Assembly: GCF_964355755.1 (NCBI RefSeq)
Contig: NC_092673.1
Location: 9,796,001 to 9,860,000, forward strand
Origin: Antedon mediterranea
Taxonomy: Eukaryota > Animalia > Echinodermata
Reading direction: 5' to 3'
Length of the DNA stretch: 64,000 nucleotides
Positions 25,068 through 38,376 of this stretch are shown in pieces (positions within the stretch are counted from its first letter, which is position 1; each line of letters begins with the position of its first letter). The notes beneath the pieces are model-generated. The model made no database searches. It worked only from the letters and a program-made list of their open reading frames with translations, and was not told the DNA's origin. Both the position numbers and the translations under genes were made by a program.

Positions 25068-26574
25068 TACTTTTTGTCGGGGAATATAATATACAGTAAA
25101 AAACGTTCGCGTTCACTTGGTAGCTTCAGCGCCTAGAAAACCGCGACGTCTCATTGACCGTGAGAGTACGTCAGAGTGCTATTATGCAATTTATATGCAT
25201 TCATTATTGCCAGCGATCTAACTTACTACTAAACATTAGCTAGGTACGCACTTGTGTGGCGGTATCCCTTTGTACGAATCGTTCAACGTTGGGTCGAGAC
25301 GCGTGATATCAAGTTCCATCCAGGGACCAAAATGTGTAATGTAGTTATTTTCCAGGCGAAGTTTACCGACGGTTCGGATACTTTTTGTCGGGGAATATAA
25401 TTCGTTCGCGTTCACTTCGTAGCTTCAGCGCCTAGAAAACCTCGACGTTTCATTGACCGTGAGAGTACGTCAGAGTGAAATTATGCACTTTATATGCATT
25501 CATTATTGCCAGCGATCTAAATTACTACTATAAACAATAGCTATAGGTACGCACTTGTCTTCTGGCGGTATTCCTTTGTACGAATCGTTCAACGTTGGGT
25601 CGTGATATCATGTTCCATCCAGGGACCAAAATGTGTACTGTAGTTATTTTCCAGGCGAAGTTTACCGACGGTTACGTCGTGTACTGTGTCGACGTACGCT
25701 ACACTAGTTACAGCAAAAACGAATTATGTTAATTGTTCGTATGTTCACCAATTTTTTAATTTACAAGTAACCTTCTGTACCGTGGGGCACCTAAAATAAA
25801 TATTTCATCCATTACTAAACAAAAAAACATGCCATTTTCGCTTAGCCAACATCTTATTATAGCTAAGTTATTAAATTTTCAATGTCCTGTATGTCATGAA
25901 TTTCTCACCACTCGGAAGTCCAGATGGTACGCAGGCATACACTTGGGAGGAATAAACTTATTTCCCCGACTGAAAAAGGTCTACGCTTGCGTTTTTTAAA
26001 CCTCTGGGCCTGATGTTTCCAAAGTATAAAATGCAATTTTTTGAAGACCTGCAGCTCTAGTTTTAAACATTTTCTTAGCTCAGCCCCAACAATAAAGCTG
26101 GTCATATTTCGAAGTACAAGAAGTTCATTTTCCGGGACCTAACATCTCTATTTTTTAAACATTTCTTAGCTCAGTCACAACCATGATAGGGACTTATATA
26201 TTTTGTTTCATGTTTTGAAGTATAATAAGTCCAATTTCCAGGACCTCCAACTCTATTTTTCTAAATTTTTTTTGAACTTTTATTTTTTAAATTGAAAAAG
26301 ATGGATTGAAACAGTCATCGCGTATCGTTTTTTTGCACGCAGTATTTTATTTATGCATTATAAAAAATGGAAAAAATGGCTACCCTAAATCTGATTAAAA
26401 TGACCTCAAATGACGCTAGAACGCGTTGCTTCCGGGGGCATCGCCCCCCTGGGCCCCCACCGGGGGCCCTTGGTAGCCCCCTGGCCCCCAGCCTTGTGAT
26501 GCTCGCTTCGCTCGCATAGCCCCCTCGTCGGGGAATGTAGCCCCCGCGTCGGGAAGATCCTGGCGCCACCCCTG
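25068..26574 (-). mobile_element. Non-autonomous hAT-like element, truncated copy (near-identical reverse complement of 30293-~31800)
   Basis: The same 66-aa spurious ORF occurs on opposite strands; ends ...tggcgccacccctg. Confidence 0.9.
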
Positions 26575-29256
26575 GGTCGAATCGATTTTGGCGTTAACAG
26601 CCGCTAAAACAGGTCCGGCTAGGTCAAAACTGGTCCGGCCTTTAAAATCGCTTATTTATTCTTTTATAAATGTATTAAGAAACCTGCAAACAGTTCAAAT
26701 GGTTAAAGTAAACTATGCTTAAAGTAAATATACTAAATATATTACCGTACAAACGAAAAGAAATTATCGAAACACTAATTAAAGAAACTCTAATCGGATT
26801 TTGGGATATTCTATTGTTCAGTTCGTTTAAAACTAATAGCGCCCTCTAGTAATTTTATATTATGTCCAAAGATCTTATTATAGATTATAAGATCTTTGTA
26901 AGATCTTAATGTACAAACTGAATACGTCTTGGGCGTATTCAATAATTGTCGTATTCGATTGGGAACTTTCGTAAATTTGTGCTCAACAGAAAGTCATTCG
27001 AATAGAAAACGTTGACAACGGAAGCTTTTTCGTTATGAACAATCTCAACGCTCAAAATACTCCGTTAAAAAGTAGCCTACTCAACGGAAAAACTACTCAA
27101 CGGTCCACTCGAATACGACAATTGATTAATAATAAAATATAGAACGTTAATTATTATTTTAGGTTGTTTTTTTTGGCCTTTGTAAGAAATTACACCTGCC
27201 TTATTTTTTTTCCAGTCCACATTTTTGGATGCAAGTGGCCACCAAGGGCCTCTTTTTATTATACCGTAGTATAAAACAACAATAATAACAATCGATATGG
27301 GTAGCAATAGTCTAACATTAATAAAGATAAAAAATTGACAAACAACACCACAGTGGAACGACCGGTTCCCACATTCACAAATTTAGCTATACGACGAACA
27401 CGAGTTTCGTAATAGTCTTAGCGAAAAAAAAAGGTAAAACAATTATAGTACAGAGATTTTCACCCCAAATTATGGACTTTTAAGAATTCAATTACTTATT
27501 ACGCTCTAATTATATCACTGGTTGGTGTACGCGTGGGTTACGTCATCATCGTGCCGTAATCAAGTTTTAGCGAAAAATAAGAGGGTTAAATTTGCCATTT
27601 TCTCAAAATTATCCAAAATATGAACTTTTTAGAATCCAATTATTACGCTCTAATATCATTATTTAGGCCTACTGGTAGTATTTGTAATTTAAAAAAAAAT
27701 CTTTACACCGCAACCCAGGACTGCAGCTGAAAAAGCTGTGGCACATCTAACGTGGATGGGATAGATGCGAACGACTAAGTCTATACACCCATTGTCGCTC
27801 AACTCAAAATGTTATAACATAGAGCTGAACGTACAATATACAATAAATTATTTGACTAGCCTATAGGTTTATTTCAATCTTGCAAAACACAATTCATATA
27901 TTTAATTCAAAATGTATGAGTCCTAAATAGGCCTACTGTATTTGATTGTTACAATGTAATAATATATTACCTGTATTATGTTTTATATTTTTATACAGTA
28001 AAAACTGTAATTTAAAACAATAAAATTCACTATACATCAAGGTAGGCTAAACATATTAAAAATGGTACGCTTAACCAGGACCTTGCGTGCGCAATCGCGC
28101 ATTAACATTTTAAAATACTTGCGTGGGCCCTACCCTTACGGTTTTCATTTATATTATCATCCCATGCTGTTATTCTAATATCTTGTTTCTTTCTATTTCA
28201 TTCTTCTACTACGATCACTTCATATTTTCCTGTCTTGGTGAAAAGGGAGGCTCCGGGCTCCCCTGGGTTTATAGCCTCTCTACCCAAACAACGGCACACA
28301 TGGTAAATTCATTTTTTTCTATTATTGTTTGTATATAAATGCAACGTATTACTATTGTATCGTATAAATGATATACAAAATATTAAGTACTTTATGCAGT
28401 TAAACAAAGTATACTGTTTATAAAATGTAATTTTGCATTATCATGTGGATGATAGGCCTACTGTACTTTTCTACACGAAATAGATGGCGCATAGTAGTAT
28501 TGGCTAAACTTAATCATATTAACGACACAATCTAGCTATTTTTAAATGCGAAATAATTTTGAAAAAACCTGAAGTTTTAGGAGGGACATTTGTTGATGTA
28601 TTGATGATGTGTCCCCTGAAAAATGATAATGTTCCATAATAGTTATTCACTTTGACCAAAAATGGATCAAAACAATTTTGTTTTCCTGCAAAAACTGTAC
28701 CAACAGCCAATGGGTTTTTGGTTTAATATAACCGTTTGTTTTTTCTTTTATAAATATAAGTGAAAACATTTTTTTTCTTGGTGGAAAGGCAGGCCAAGTA
28801 GTCCTCATCAATTAAAAAAAACAACAAAAGTGCTCTTTTATATCATGCTAGTCTAAATTCGTGTCAAATTAATTTACTATCGTATCGGCTGAAACTATGA
28901 GTATTTCTGAAATCTAAATTTTGTAATATGTATGCATAACTAAAATTTATTTCCTCACTTTGAAGAATAAATAGGTGATCATTTTATAATTTTACTGACA
29001 TTTCATTTTAAAACAGATGCAGTACGTTAAAATACGATCGCAACGCGTTGATGTTGAGCCCTCTTTTTTAAACCCTTCAGTGCAAGTTAAAGTTATATAA
29101 TATAATAAAAACAAATTCTAAACCGCCCGGTAATATACTGAAAATGTATTAATTTGAAACGATAAAATGAGGAAATATGTGAGAATATATAATCAAACCT
29201 TATTTAATCAAAACATATGAATACAATGAATGAAAAGTCCTTTTTTACTATGCTAA

Positions 29257-29945
29257 CCATTGTCAGACCATTTTAGTGGTGGGAGGTCCCTGCCAGACCC
29301 CCATTTCAGAAGGGCCGAAATTGAGCTAGATCAGCTTAAAAGTTAACCCTCTAACTAAAACTGGTGGGAAAATGTTCAATAAACTCATAACTATCATGAA
29401 TGACCATTGCCAGACATTTTAAGTGGTGGATTATGCCCGCCAGACCCTGTCAAACACCCCACCCCACAAAAAATGAGGTAGGTCAGCTGAAAGAAAAGTT
29501 AACCCCATGAAATCTTTTGCAAATTGTTTGACATAGAGTGAAATGTAATGAATGACCATTGGTGTTTGTAAGTCTTTCTGCTTTAGGTTAATGATGTAGG
29601 GAAGGTGTGCACCATCAATCTCTTCATTCCAGTTGAGAATCATTGCTTCGGTCTTAAGCTCTGTCTACCCTGTCAAACTTTATGTGACAAAAAATGTGAT
29701 GTGCCCATATATGGAAATGATGATGTCATATCACTACCATATTTGGGCACATTTTGTCAAAACTAGTTTGATTATATACAGAGCTTTAGTGAGGTACTTA
29801 TTATTTCGCTCTATGTCAAACAATTTGACATTTTCCCACCAGTTTTAGAGGGTTAACTTTTAAGCTGATCTAGTTCAATTTTGGCCCTCCTGAAATGGGG
29901 GTCTGGCAGGCACCTCCCACCACAAAAATTGTCTGGCAATGGTCA
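29257..29945. repeat. Inverted-repeat pair (29257-29375 / 29829-29943) of an old foldback element
   Basis: tgccagacccccatttcag..gggcc..aattga.ctagatcagcttaaaagttaaccctcta and its reverse complement. Confidence 0.7.
29657..29785. mobile_element. Harbinger-like MITE, TTA TSD; same family at 33512-33670
   Basis: tta|agctctgt...acagagct|tta; internal gtgatgtgccca.atat. Confidence 0.75.
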
Positions 29946-30292
29946 TTAATTACACTTCGCTCTATGGCAAACAATTTACAAAAGATTTCATGGGGTTAAC
30001 TTTTCAGCTGATCTAGCTCATTTTTTTACCCTTTACAATGTCCCTCCTAGCAACACCCACCAAAATAAACACGCCAGACTGTCATTTCCATACATCGATA
30101 TGTACGTAGATAATGCACATGCACATGCATAGAAATTGGTAAACTTTCCAGAGAGCCTTTCCTCTGGGCTCCTGGTCTAATTGTATTATGTGAAAATGCT
30201 ACTTCCACCTATAAGAACTCTTACCTGAATTAGTGCCATAAAACAAAACTGAAATTCTTGTCTAAAAAATCTCCATTGAACCAGGTAGATGT

Positions 30293-32200
30293 CAGGGGTG
30301 GCGCCAGGATCTTCCCGACGCGGGGGCTACATTCCCCGACGAGGGGGCTATGCGAGCGAAGCGAGCATCACAAGGCTGGGGGCCAGGGGGCCGCCAAGGG
30401 CCCCCGGTGGGGGTCCAGGGGGCGAAGCGCCCGGAAGCAACGCGTTCTAGCGTCATTTGAGGTCATTTTAATCAGATTTAGGGTAGCCATTTTTTCCATT
30501 TTTTATAATGCATAAATAAAATACTGCGTGCAAAAAAAACGATGCGCGATGACTGTTTCAATCCATCTTTTTCAATTTAAAAAATAAAAGTTCAAAGAAA
30601 ATTTAGAAAAATAGAGTTGGAGGTCCTGGAAATTGGACTTATTATACTTCAAAACATGAAACAAAATATATAAGTCCCTATCATGGTTGTGACTGAGCTA
30701 AGAAATGTTTGAAAAATAGAGATGTTAGGTCCCGGAAAATGCACTTCTTGTACTTCGAAATATGACCAGCTTTATTGTTGGGGCTGAGCTAAGAAAATGT
30801 TTAAAACTAGAGCTGCAGGTCTTCAAAAAATTGCATTTTATACTTTGGAAACATCAGGCCCAGAGGCTTAAAAAACGCAAGCGTAGACCTTTTTCAGTCG
30901 GGGAAATAAGTTTATTCCTCCCAAGTGTATGCCTGCGTACCATCTGGACTTCCGAGTGGTGAGAAATTCATGACATACAGGACATTGAAAATTTAATAAC
31001 TTAGCTATAATAAGATGTTGGCTAAGCGAAAATGGCATGTTTTTTTGTTTAGTAATGGATGAAATATTTATTTTAGGTGCCCCACGGTACAGAAGGTTAC
31101 TTGTAAATTAAAAAATTGGTGAACATACGAACAATTAACAGAATTCGTTTTTGCTGTAACTAGTGTAGCGTACGTCGACACAGTACACGACGTAACCGTC
31201 GGTAAACTTCGCCTGGAAAATAACTACAGTACACATTTTGGTCCCTGGATGGAACATGATATCACGACCCAACGTTGAACGATTCGTACAAAGGAATACC
31301 GCCAGACAAGTGCGTACCTATAGCTATTGTTTATAGTAGTAATTTAGATCGCTGGCAATAATGAATGCATAATATAAAGTGCATAATTTCACTCTGACGT
31401 ACTCTCACGGTCAATGAAACGTCGAGGTTTTCTAGGCGCTGAAGGTACGAAGTGAACGCGAACGAATTATATTCCCCGACAAAAAGTACCCGAACCGTCG
31501 GTAAACTTCGCCTGGAAAATAACTACATTACACATTTTGGTCCCTGGATGGAACTTGATATCACGCGTCTCGACCCAACGTTGAACGATTCGTACAAAGG
31601 GATACCGCCAGACAAGTGCGTACCTAGCTAATGTTTAGTAGTAAGTTAGATCGCTGGCAATAATGAATGCATATAAATTGCATAATAGCACTCTGACGTA
31701 CTCTCACGGTCAATGAGACGTCGCGGTTTTCTGGGCACTGAAGCTACCAAGTGAACGCGAACGTTTTTTACTGTATATTATATTCCCCGACAAAAAGTAC
31801 CCGTGTTCCCTTCGGTAACCGTCGGTAAACTTCGCCTGGAAAATAACTACATTACACATTTTGGTCCCTGGATGGAACATGATATCACGCGTCTCGACCC
31901 AACGGTGAACGATTCGTACAAAGGGATACCGCCAAACAAGTGCGTACTAGCTATTGTTTAGTAGTTAGATCTCTGGCAATAATGAATGCATAAAAGTGCA
32001 TAATAGCCCTCTGACGTACTCTCACGGTCAATGGAACGTCGTGGTTTTCTAGGCGCTGAAGCTATATGAAGTGAACGCGAACGTTTTTTACTGTATGTTA
32101 TATTCCCCGACAAAAAGTACCCGTGTTCCCCGACGGGAGGGCTAGGCTCCCCGACGAGGGGGCTAGAGCCCCCGTAGCTCCCCCGCTGGCGCCACCACTG
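30293..32200 (+). mobile_element. Full non-autonomous hAT-like element with three internal ~300-bp tandem units
   Basis: TIRs caggggtggcgccag / ctggcgccaccactg; unit aaccgtcggtaaacttcgcctgg...cccgacaaaaagtaccc repeats from ~31194, 31494 and 31817; 8-bp flank ATTCGACC. Confidence 0.88.
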
Positions 32201-32720
32201 ATTCGACCGGACCAGTTTTGGCGACCAAAATCGATCTGGTCGGACCGATTTTGGCCGGACCAATTTTGGCGTGACAGTCCCTCCTAGCTGGCCACACCCA
32301 CCAAAATAAATGCGCCATACATTGATACATGGTTGATATGTACGTAGATAATTGCTGCATGCATATAGAAATTGGTTAACTTTTCAGCTAGGTTGATCCC
32401 CCTCTGGGCTCCTGCTCTAAATTCTCTGAAGCTAAATTTTATATATTAAATAACATATATGAGACGATCGTGCCAACGCATGAGAGGACCACATTTTCTG
32501 GGACCGATCGTCTTGGTGGGACTTGGTTGGGTCCCTGGTCCCGATCGTCTGATAACCGTAGAGTCTAAAAATTAGGCCTAAGCCACTTTTCAGTGTTCAG
32601 CCCCCGGTTGTTACTACCGTGGGTGTATTTGCAAAGAACTTCTTTGGTTGTTTTTATGTCTGGCACATCCTTCATACCTAGTGAATGTAGGAGAGAGAGA
32701 GAATGAGATAAGAAGAGAGG

Positions 32721-32855
32721 CGGTTCAGGGACGATTCGGCCCCCTGAGACGATTCGGCCCGGGACTAGTCGGCCCACTTTTAGTGGGACGTTTCGGCCCA
32801 CTTACTTCTGGGCCGAAACATCCCACTTTGTGGGCCGAAACGTCTCACTTTAGAC
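32721..32855. repeat. MITE-like terminus with ~17-bp subterminal repeats
   Basis: g.gacgattcggccc repeated, then inverted gggccgaaac. Confidence 0.55.
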
Positions 32856-33694
32856 CAAATTCATATTCATTTTTGGGGGTATTTATCAAGTTTTTAAAGG
32901 TGTTTAACAATCCGTATTTTATTAATATTGACAATGTTGATATAATATATATAATAAATTACTAAACAAGAAATATTTCTTACAAAAAACGCCGCGTAAC
33001 TTTTTGACTGGACAGTTGTAAGAACAGTCTTCATTAATCTAATATAATAGGTCGGCCAATCAAAACGCAAGTGAACAATTGGGACTTTACTTGTGATTTA
33101 TGTCATTGGCCTGTCAGCACAGTCGTTTCTTTCTAGAATTAAACGCACAAATTTGTATTGGGAATAATGTATGTGGTTATTACTATCGCATTTAGGTATT
33201 GATAATAATAATAATATGGCTTTTGAATATATAATTACTGTCTGTAGAATAACATTTATACATTTTCGGTTCGCGATGAAAAGTTATATGAATGGATTTG
33301 TAATAGGTATTTATAATAATAGTATATGGGTTGTATTATTGCTAAGCTATCACCAAATCGCGTTATAACATTATTTCTCAGGGTTTTTTGCACCATTGAT
33401 CAATACCAAACGCGTATCGGTATTATAGTTTTTAATGAATCATTACATTAATAAAAATACCCAATTAAATCAATCGCGTCAGTCCAATTCCGACTTATGT
33501 TTCGATCACATAGTTCTGTGTCTACACTGTCCCAACTAGTTTAACAAAAAAAGTGTGATGTGCCCAAATATGGTAGTGATATGCCCGATTATCGTAGTGA
33601 TATGACATCGTCATGTCTATATAATATGGGCACATCATATTTTATTTAGTTTGATAGTATAGACAGAGCTTAAGGATTATATTAAAAAAATGTT

Positions 33695-33975
33695 TTCTTA
33701 CATTTTGAACGGAAGTATTTATTTGTTTATAAGCCCAATTTTCCAGTCTTAATTTTACATTTTGAAAAAAAGTATTTATTTGTTTATAAGCCCAATTTTC
33801 CAGTCTTAATTTTACATTTTGAAAAAAAAGTATTTTATTTGTTGATAAGCCCAACTGTGCAGTCTTATTTTACATTTTGAACGAAAGTATTTATTTGTTG
33901 ATAAGCCCAATTTTGAAGTCTTATTTTACATTTTAAACGAAAGTATTTATTTGTTGATAAGCCGAATTTTCCAGT
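33695..33975. repeat. Minisatellite, ~57-bp unit x5 (related units at 34515-34670)
   Basis: tttacattttgaacgaaagtatttatttgttgataagcccaatttt.cagtctta. Confidence 0.9.
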
Positions 33976-35050
33976 TTAATAATAATGACCCCTTCCACAG
34001 TGCTTATACCATATACATTTTACATGATATTGACCGTGGGTTCTTTACGCCTCTGATGCATTTGTTTTTATTGTACCTTTTTAATAAATTATTATATGTT
34101 TAGGCCTAATCACACCCAATTTAATGAAACGGTCAGATTCCGATTTCAATTGAACGAAAGTAGTACTGTATTTATTATTCATTGATAAGCCAAGGGTCCC
34201 ATGGCGTTAGCCGATATCTTGAGCATTTGACTCTTGTAACACAAATCATTCTTCAAAATCTAAAGAAAGAACCTCACACGTCTTTTTTGTGAGTGATACA
34301 CTATGGATATGCCCACGGAAATAATATGTGGACATTGCAAACAATCATAGGCCTACAGTAACAAACATAACATGGCTAATAAGCATAACATTCAGACTTG
34401 CTTGTTTTCTAGTGGATTTTTATTTACTTTAGCATGTAGAATAAAACTAGTAACAGTGGCTATATTAATAATTATACTGATTATCCTTGATGTTATCGCG
34501 TCTAATAATAAAATATTTTGTTGTTGATAAGCCCAATTTTTCAGCCTTGATTTTACATTTTGAACGAAAGTATTTATTTGTTGATAAGCCCAATTTTGCA
34601 GTCTTAATAATGACCCTTCCACAGTGCATTTTACATGATATTGACCGAGGGTTTTTACGCCTCTATAGGCACTGATCAATACCATAATTAATGTACTTTT
34701 TTAAATGAATATTGAAATGTTTCAACACTCCCAGATTTCCTCATCTTTATCGTTTCAAAAATTAATTAAATAATTTTCAGTGTATCACCGGGCGGTTTGG
34801 AATTTATTTCTATGCCTGTTGTGTTTATATATATAATATTAAGTATAATTATGAATTCACCAACACTTTCAGGCCCGGGGCCGAGTTGTAGACCAGACTT
34901 CCATGCACAGCCACATGTTAAGGAATATGAATCTCTTTATGATTTTAATATGGTTCGAAATGATATTACACAACAACGATTAGACAGCAACTGTGCAAGA
35001 GTCAAACTAATAAAATCGGAATGATCAATTAATTGAACATTTACAGCATA

Positions 35051-35411
35051 AGGCCCATACACTAGGACGATAACTATCGACGATAAATAGACAAATGTGC
35101 ATTTTTAATACATAAACCAAAAGAAATATAAACAATTCCTTTGATGAAAATTATATTTTCACACGTCCAATCAAATGACGTCATGATTAGTAAGACCAAT
35201 AATATCGTGACAATACAGCGATTTTATTGTTTTTATTTATCATGACGTCATTTGATTGGAATTTGAAAAACATTATTTTTATCAAAGACAGCATAAATGA
35301 TTATCCTATAGGTCTAGAACGAAAACCTTTCTAATTTCTTTTGGTTTATGTAAAAAAAATGCATGCTATATATTTATCGTCTGTCGTTATCGTCATAGTG
35401 TAATTGGGCCT
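35051..35411. mobile_element. MITE with long imperfect TIRs
   Basis: aggccca.tacacta.gacgataac...acataaaccaaaagaaat and reverse complement at the right end. Confidence 0.75.
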
Positions 35412-35720
35412 TTATACAAAAAAATAAATTGATTACGAAGTTACATGTCATTTTCACCTATCACCAAAAAACTAACCTTTTCAAAACTAATTAATTGTTA
35501 CGAAGCCAATTTATATTATATATTTCATTAAAACTGAACTTTACGGTAAATGAAGAGTAAGTATCAGTTAATATGAATAATATAACTAGTAGGTCTATGA
35601 ACTTGCGTCCAGACACAGAACTGTGACATTACTATCATAAATGTTGAAACCACTTATAAAACCTTTTTTTTAAAGAAAATATAATTGTGTTAGGAGAAGA
35701 CTAATAAACAAATAGATAAT

Positions 35721-37229
35721 AGATGACAAATTTCGTTTTTGTAAAAGCACAAGTTAACGGAGTACTTACTCGAACGTTTCGATCTCTATCAGAGATCCTT
35801 CTCAACTGACTGCGGAGTGTTAATGCAGCTTGGTCATTCTTGACGTCATCTGTTGATGACGTTGTACGCCTCCGGTTGTAGGTTGGAGGTTGTGCGGGGC
35901 TCGGCCAGGTGATGTGTCTATCAAATCATTGTACAAATGCGAGAGTTCGTGGGCTCCAGTGTCCAGTGTATCTAGAGTGGCTCGAACATCAAGCCATAAA
36001 CACGGCACCCACTAACATCAAGCCTGTGTATTGGAAACGATACGTTGATGATGTATTAGCTATCATCCCCATAGGTACAGTACATACATTTAACACACAT
36101 CTTAATAACATCGATATAACTGACAATATCAAGTTCACCACAGAATCGTTGACAAACAACACAATACCTTTCCTGGACATGCTCATCACACTCAATGACA
36201 ATGGAACAGTTACCACCTCAGTCTATCGGAAGCCCACTCACACAGACCAATATTTACATTTCAACTCACATCATCCACTCGAACACAAACTGGGGCTTAT
36301 AAACACGCTTGTGGACAGAGCTGAGAAGGTAGTGGGAGATATGGATTTGAGGAAAGTTGAGATGGATAACATCAAGAAAGCGTTACACAACTGCCAGTAT
36401 CCAGAGTGGTCCTTCCAGAGAGTTATGGAAAACCGAAAAAGGAAAAAGAACAAAGGACACGAACCACAGAAGGAAAAGATCAAGATGCGAGGTAGCATAG
36501 GAATCCCCTATGTAAAAGGAATGGCAGAAAGAATACGACGCACTCTCTCCTATCACAATGTCGGAACCTATTTCCTACCCCAAAATAAAATCAAGAATAG
36601 CCTCGTCCACCCAAAAGATAAAATCGAGAAGATGGATACATGTGGAGTAATCTACGAAGTCACCTGCCGCAACTGTCCACAAGTTTACATTGGGGAAACA
36701 GGGAGGGCATTACAAACACGAATTAATGATCACAAAAAAGATGTTACAACAAACACGGGGGGAGTAATGACTAGGGCCTCCAGAACATCCACATCTTCGA
36801 TCATACACAAATCTGCCATTACAGAACATGTCATAAAACACAATCATGTACCGAACTGGGAGGCTACCATCTTAACCAAAGAGCCTAAACGCAAAGACAG
36901 ACAGATTAGAGAATCATTACATATAAGGAGAAATAAAGAGAAGACCATGAACCGGGACACTGGAGCCCACGAACTCTCGCATTTGTACAATGATTTGATA
37001 GACACATCACCTGGCCGAGCCCCGCACAACCTCCAACCTACAACCGGAGGCGTACAACGTCATCAACAGATGACGTCAAGAATGACCAAGCTGCATTAAC
37101 ACTCCGCAGTCAGTTGAGAAGGATCTCTGATAGAGATCGAAACGTTCGAGTAAGTACTCCGTTAACTTGTGCTTTTACAAAAACGAAATTTGTCATCTAT
37201 ACAAAATCGAAGCTAAATGAAATTCTTTC
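35721..37229 (+). mobile_element. 5'-truncated Penelope-like retroelement with inverted pseudo-LTR and 14-bp TSD
   Basis: 35721-35964 is the reverse complement of ~36955-37198; AACAAATAGATAAT at 35707-35720 and 37230-37243. Confidence 0.92.
35965..37099 (+). CDS. Penelope RT C-terminal half plus GIY-YIG endonuclease (5'-truncated)
   Basis: WKRYVDD, IPFLDM, VYRKPTHTDQYL, GVIYEVTCRNCPQVYIGETGR. Confidence 0.93.
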
Positions 37230-38376
37230 AACAAATAGATAATGTTCAAACCTTTTTCTGGATTAATTAATGGAGCAGGCGTTCCTAATAATCTTCTGTA
37301 GACTGATTGTTCACCTTCTGACGATAATTGATTGGACCCCCCACGGCATCTGATAACCAACAAAAAATTTACGAGGACTGTTTCAATGATTTAATATCTG
37401 ACGGCGTATTATTATAACATTGGCCTAGATTGAAAGTCAAAGAAAGTCATTGTAAATACCTCCCTTTATGTTGACAGAGCCAAAATAAAGTTTTGACCAT
37501 TATCGAATAATTATTTGACAGTGACTTATTATAATACCGCCCTGGTTGACAGCAAAAACGAAGTTATTATTTATTGATCAAGATTTTACAGATTTCCGTC
37601 TACATCTCAATAATACTGTATTATCAGCAAAGGCTTTCATATAGACTCTCTTCTCCCAGACGTTTTTTGGGTCCAGCAGCTACCTATAAATTATAGTCGA
37701 GTTTCCAAATTCACAAAACTGTCAGCCTTAGATACTAAAGCTACCGCTATGAAACAGCTTATTAATGAATGTGTCCTCCTGGGACATAGCTGGCTAGAGC
37801 CGCGGCGCGAAAAACGTAATTTAATATTCAATTTATTACTTCGAAAACCTTGTTTATTTTGTGCATTCGCCAAGCGGCCAACAGAGGGCGTAACTTGTTT
37901 ACATCGTTCGCGTGACTAAAAAATGATCATTTTCGACAATTATTTTTAAAATGTTTGCTTTATTGCATCGTTATCCCTAGTGTTGTGTTTCTCTATATTG
38001 ACTCACACGTACAGACATATACAAGACAGACACGTTGGTAACAGTACTTTATTGAGTGCCTTGTTCATTAACATAGGTCATACAATAGAGGGCTCACTAC
38101 ATCCCCCGTTCTTTAGCTAAGTCTATTGCTGTAGAGAAATTATTGTTTATCATTCAGATAATTTCTAGTACTATTACTTTAACTTTTTTTTTTTTTTTTT
38201 TTTTTACAAATAATTTACAAATAGTGCATATTATGATTATACAGTAATTGTGTCCAAATTGGTCTAAACTGATATTATGGGTTATGGTTTCAACTTTTAT
38301 GAATACATTGATGTCCTTCAGATATGTTGGTGATTTTATCTCGCGTCCCGATCTCGTACGCTTCGGTGTCACAGTT

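Noticed and set aside
25035-25070. tRNA/SINE-like A-box (tggttctgatggtagagcg)
   Set aside because: No convincing B-box or cloverleaf; too short to support
25905-30962. Near-identical 66-aa ORFs on opposite strands, and the 72/85-aa GC-rich ORFs
   Set aside because: Chance ORFs inside two copies of a non-autonomous element; no domain signature
35909-35964. N-terminus of the 396-aa Penelope ORF (MMCLSNHC...)
   Set aside because: Belongs to the inverted pLTR copy and is not true coding sequence
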